From Silvanigrellaceae bacterium (GTDB lineage Bacteria; Bdellovibrionota_B; Oligoflexia; Silvanigrellales; Silvanigrellaceae), in contig JBMSQQ010000072.1 in the NCBI GenBank assembly GCA_049423385.1, forward strand, positions 1 through 17,150: a DNA stretch of 17,150 nt, given 5' to 3'. Below the pieces are notes generated by a model. The model had not been told where the DNA came from. It saw only the letters and a program-made list of their open reading frames with translations, and did no database searches. Shown here one piece after another: positions 15,301 through 17,150 of this stretch; position 1 is the first letter of the stretch, and every line of letters starts with the position of its first letter. The position numbers and the translations under genes were made by a program.

Positions 15301-17150
15301 GCTGCGATTATTTCGCTCGCGGGCAAGGGGACCAACTCTCCGTTTTTGCTTGCCGACACCTTGATGCCCTGAATCACCATTTTTGTTCCAGCGGGGACAT
15401 TCGAGGAAGTGATGATCGTATTGCTCAGGTCGGTGAACTCGGCAGTTGCTTCCAGATTTGCAACGCCGCCCCAATATTTGATGGATTTGGTGACGCCATC
15501 CCGGCTGCAAGAAAGGGTTCCGTCGACGAAGTCGGCAGATGAAACGGTGCGCGAAGAACCTTGTCCGGCCAAATTGTTTGGTGATTTGATGTCAAGGCTG
15601 TGCTGCGCCGTGGGATTGTTCCACGACCACTCGCAGGAGCTGCCGGTGGGGTCGATTCTGTTGCCAAAGGCATCCCAGAAGAACGAATACACTGTTCCAC
15701 AATTCGTTTCTGCAGTTGCAGATGAGGTGTTCGAGCAGGTGCGCTCCACCGAAGAAGAATTGCCGGTAAGTCCAAGATCATCGCTCGCAGGAACTGCAGA
15801 GGAATCACTCAAAACCATGCGATTGACAGGCGCGGTCCTGACGACAACACTCTTTGTGGCGGAGGTAAACCCACAGGCATTCAGGGTCAGACTCTGCGTT
15901 CCACTTTTGAACAGTGTCATGCCGTTGAGGGAATAATAACCCTTGCCGGGGATCTTGCTGATCGAGAAAGGTATTGAATTGGTTGCGTCGCCGCCCCATC
16001 CGCCAGTTGATGTTCCAGTTCCTGTCGGCACGGACAAGGCGATTCCAGCACTGCAGCCAATATCACTGAGATTACCAAATGCGTCGACAGTTTTGGCTGT
16101 CAATGAGAAGGGTACGCCCGCGACTTGCTGCGGGATGCTTCCACCATCAGACGGTATCACGACCCCGGAGGCTTGAACGGCGGCTTCGATGACATCGAGT
16201 GAATTTTCGTTTTCTCCCTCAATCCCTGCATTGTCGCTGACAACAAAAGTGCTTTTTCCGATTCTCTCTGATTTGTACAGACGCATTTCTCGAGAAGCGA
16301 CACCATTCACCCAGACCGCAGATCCGAAAAGAGGAGCTGTGTTGTTGGGCGATGTTCCGGCTCCCGAAAAAGTCAGGGTGCGTTCGTTGAGCTGGCTGTC
16401 CAGGGTGGTGATCACATTGTTGGCATAATCCAATGCCTTCATTGTCATTGTCTGCAGCGTACCTGCGGTGAATGTCGCGTTGGAAAAAATCAACTTGTAA
16501 TTTCGAATCGACAATGGTGTGTACTCGAAGTTCATTTCAACAGGTTGTGCCAAGGCTACCTGAACATTCATCAGTTTGAATTGGACTCGATGACCCACCG
16601 GGTACCAGACGTCGCTGAAAGTTATCTCGGAATCCATGTTGAAAAGTGAGGTCTCGCGGGATGTGTTTGCAAATTCGCCGGCGGAAGTGAATACGCCTGA
16701 GACGTCTCCCGGTCCGGTGATTTTTTCGGCCGCCAATTTCAAGCCGGCGGGACCTGGGGCCGGATTCCGCCACTCGTCAAAAAGCTTGATGGTGAGGTCG
16801 AAACGTCCATCAGTGGAGTTTTCAGCCTTGCGCGCAGAATGAGAACTCAGAATTTGATATTCGTGGACCGGCCCAGGTGAGACGATGATAGGCTTCGGGT
16901 ACGAACCCTGACGGCCTCCAGAAAGACTGTCCCGGATCGTCAATGCATTTGCGGCCAAAGATTCCGCTTTAAAGAACCTGAGATCAGCCCATGCCTGCCC
17001 TGAATAAAATCGCAGGGAGCTGGGCAAAATGGGCGCTGTTTGTAAACTATCGTTGGCCTGCGATGGACCACTCCATCGGAATGTAAACGCGTCAAGTGTG
17101 GCGTCGATGCCTGCGACAACGTCACCGTAGGAATCCACGGCATTGATGTA
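9372..17150 (-). CDS. Giant repetitive, disulfide-rich, Ig-like surface protein / putative adhesin (>2,592 aa; 5' end outside the window)
   Basis: The frame is open from the TGA at 9372-9374 to the window edge. Codons upstream of the track's GTG at 17138 read YINAV, so that start is an edge artefact. S/T/G/A/N-rich beta-strand composition, with recurring D-x-[FYW]-GN motifs typical of bacterial Ig-like repeats. Confidence 0.92.
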   Translation of the reverse strand, partial: YINAVDSYGDVVAGIDATLDAFTFRWSGPSQANDSLQTAPILPSSLRFYSGQAWADLRFFKAESLAANALTIRDSLSGGRQGSYPKPIIVSPGPVHEYQILSSHSARKAENSTDGRFDLTIKLFDEWRNPAPGPAGLKLAAEKITGPGDVSGVFTSAGEFANTSRETSLFNMDSEITFSDVWYPVGHRVQFKLMNVQVALAQPVEMNFEYTPLSIRNYKLIFSNATFTAGTLQTMTMKALDYANNVITTLDSQLNERTLTFSGAGTSPNNTAPLFGSAVWVNGVASREMRLYKSERIGKSTFVVSDNAGIEGENENSLDVIEAAVQASGVVIPSDGGSIPQQVAGVPFSLTAKTVDAFGNLSDIGCSAGIALSVPTGTGTSTGGWGGDATNSIPFSISKIPGKGYYSLNGMTLFKSGTQSLTLNACGFTSATKSVVVRTAPVNRMVLSDSSAVPASDDLGLTGNSSSVERTCSNTSSATAETNCGTVYSFFWDAFGNRIDPTGSSCEWSWNNPTAQHSLDIKSPNNLAGQGSSRTVSSADFVDGTLSCSRDGVTKSIKYWGGVANLEATAEFTDLSNTIITSSNVPAGTKMVIQGIKVSASKNGELVPLPASEIIAAKQFTITRAVVLDSMPTNPTCILANSTTRSECGSTFTGYLRTAATAGNITLSLNGKNVVWGRSVDAGPASQIDVSSVPANATAGIALSNVTVVMKDQFGNPTNTWINGSTSAQCSTIGFGIDTATYTSSGKNGGQAVAPTADPPNPLVQSNPGEYKSTITLYKTGPTTVSFAGCGVSNTKIIAVSPNVARIGFLSTAANDTSVTAETTSYECSLTSNSPTNSNVNCGSIKAYYWDDWGNSLNGGSPVSCSWNYTNFPTGLTAATVPTTTFTGGTATLTATDFIDGTLSCSKDLKVASISNIYGGLSKINVSSTTPATLQGATLTAATGNVTFTGLTLYQRRGGFDVATRPLVQSSTLSKIHVDTGSSQNNFLKIVSVTESGRDTTNSIVTRTFATNGVTSDALNLNYTAASTSNALTLRIQGKTLSYTGITVNPGNAHAFVLPTLSAKTAGSQFSFDVEIQDIHLNRTSKNTSGSECTTPLSLSGSGASPAGNNPNYGTSSIASTGLHSISNVVLYRASASESLSVSGCGLSPATVSVIVNPASAATGVLRTTAGAVNTAESEVKCPMHASNNQLDCSSKTVYAYFWDTYGNNLTGSYGNCDSWSFDPQTRPDAINIATTAAASVTLGNKGTNTYVDGAISCTKSPLATPLSITAWGGVKEVRIVARSAANTDITSTNPTLTAASGNLAISAVNLRTTKSGVDTPSPISESRTLTWNSTATNGNGWGTGGTGATLQRGLAQQPSVTFANGSLSTADSYSAATYKFNLIKAENAKTISATVYGITSNSIAFSVQPAAANKVLLTSFNSSTASSLPALTAGTPFNIEAEVQDLYANRTTTSAAAGNPSCASDNLTVDLPAGQTRSSPGNSSNSVGTTGTFSAVSTAPTSGVYQPSNITLYNTSNTQLTLAACGVTTPYTLTVAPATVTNMVVNTNTSSVDTTALNEYECENNSTTGVVQCVELQARFWDNWGNLRADTCDTWSYVTTDTAPTPSNLTAAISNVSSVTPTHSTATYFNGQLTCTRASLSRTIRLWGGVSTVTVTHNVSGSSIVAGVGNVQVSRVTVQTPKAGNLTAPTKNLSKTIRFMSNSTGAYLQNGQDGLQLTNTSSSPAIKSCTFSGSTVLECNVSSAPYLLNFTAAQTAVTFDVSVHGVAATQSSFNVNAGTAATVAVSAAPPTTVTAGNAFGLSLLVTDDQGNPTATGCPGSVIVTGPTTSPNDGPTGTTSTSFSTSTGVTGLGSQSMPGVYTISGLKLFDARTTQTLNISACGLNATTSPNITVKAASPAVSRITTADARSTTSDSEMICNNSTTSPFAVSCGSAYAWFWDAYGNQITSSSKTAGTNDDVCTSWSFTGVTTPTANPSGYSASGAANSRFSGITNSSNQKWLDGTLTCNKTGASAALTVWGGVKSVAITAQDSGNNAITSSTNLTAAVGNLKITNITLNAQKAGNTVVASHVSGATYGTRTIYWNTNAVALSGAANSGWSTSGTGVNTPFGQNSSVSLSFSNGINTGTHNFNFVKADSTARTIAAGIFGSDFATSIQSTAVTFNSVLPATASALFATAGSTTVTTAGGSVSVSVTAKDEFGNLTSTGCTTATLGETATGNLSSPGGSTAVFPGALALGSIGTFNSGSVILKKVGSGQIIRASACGLTADTSGITVQNADSLNNILLSTSSSAQPAYNTSLPTTTCTSGTTVACPAVSAWGEDQFGNGRGLVTCGTWTYSPTSPAAAATLSQTTSSNTTTVTNSNTHVNGTLTCTIGALTKAVTLTGSIVKSPTLTCSAWTCSAGAPQSTCTFNNGTGYDIASMTVTPTPNSGCSGSLANGSNCTLTFPGTTGQSLGDATVVSTPSAPSFVSMNNAVAAIAGNTNAPNCSQSLRPVESAWSCVSGIRRLTVTFHNDNTLNAFNIAAGSPSITNANGATITNNGCSSSIAAGGSCSVTIEGTTTGNTTTLQLDPEASSSFSGISFTTTQATNTCP
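9990..16130 (-). repeat. Six degenerate protein-level super-repeats (~353-380 aa, domains A-B-C; the last copy lacks C)
   Basis: Anchor motifs FFWDAFGN (15677), YYWDDWGN (14603), YFWDTYGN (13544), RFWDNWGN (12407), WFWDAYGN (11333) and WGEDQFGN (10193) give spacings of 358, 353, 379, 358 and 380 codons. Boundaries are approximate. Confidence 0.88.

Noticed and set aside
9372..16130. Many N-x-S/T sequons suggesting N-glycosylation, possibly by the nearby GT4
   Set aside because: Largely expected from the very high Asn/Ser/Thr content. Enrichment cannot be tested here, and no oligosaccharyltransferase is in the window.
6713..17150. Idea that cysK sits here to supply cysteine for the Cys-rich giant protein
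   Set aside because: Cys is only about 2% of the visible giant protein, and cysK is separated by 149 nt with its own SD. Adjacency alone is not evidence.

Overview
This 17.15-kb window looks like ordinary bacterial chromosome, with eight minus-strand CDSs and one plus-strand tRNA-His. No integrase, transposase, CRISPR array or rRNA is visible. From right to left in transcription order: (1) the last 2,592 residues of a giant Ser/Thr/Gly/Ala/Asn-rich surface protein, open at the right edge and built from six degenerate ~353-380 aa three-domain super-repeats with a fixed cysteine pattern plus a two-domain Cys-rich cap; (2) a closely linked secreted hypothetical protein; (3) cysteine synthase (cysK); (4) a PrcB_C-like lipoprotein with a 21-bp tandem repeat; (5) tRNA-His(GTG); (6) a tightly packed four-gene run transcribed away from the tRNA: an atypical stand-alone beta-ketoacyl synthase with a ~105 aa insertion, a class I SAM methyltransferase, a GT4 glycosyltransferase and an ABCC/MRP-like (eukaryote-type) ABC transporter. 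The ABC transporter is absent from the ORF track because it runs off the left edge; I translated it by hand. The best novelty candidates are the super-repeat protein with its partner, the bacterial ABCC-type exporter, and the KS-MT-GT-ABCC cluster. A Bdellovibrionota/Oligoflexia-like source is my impression only. All family calls come from motif recognition by eye, without database searches.
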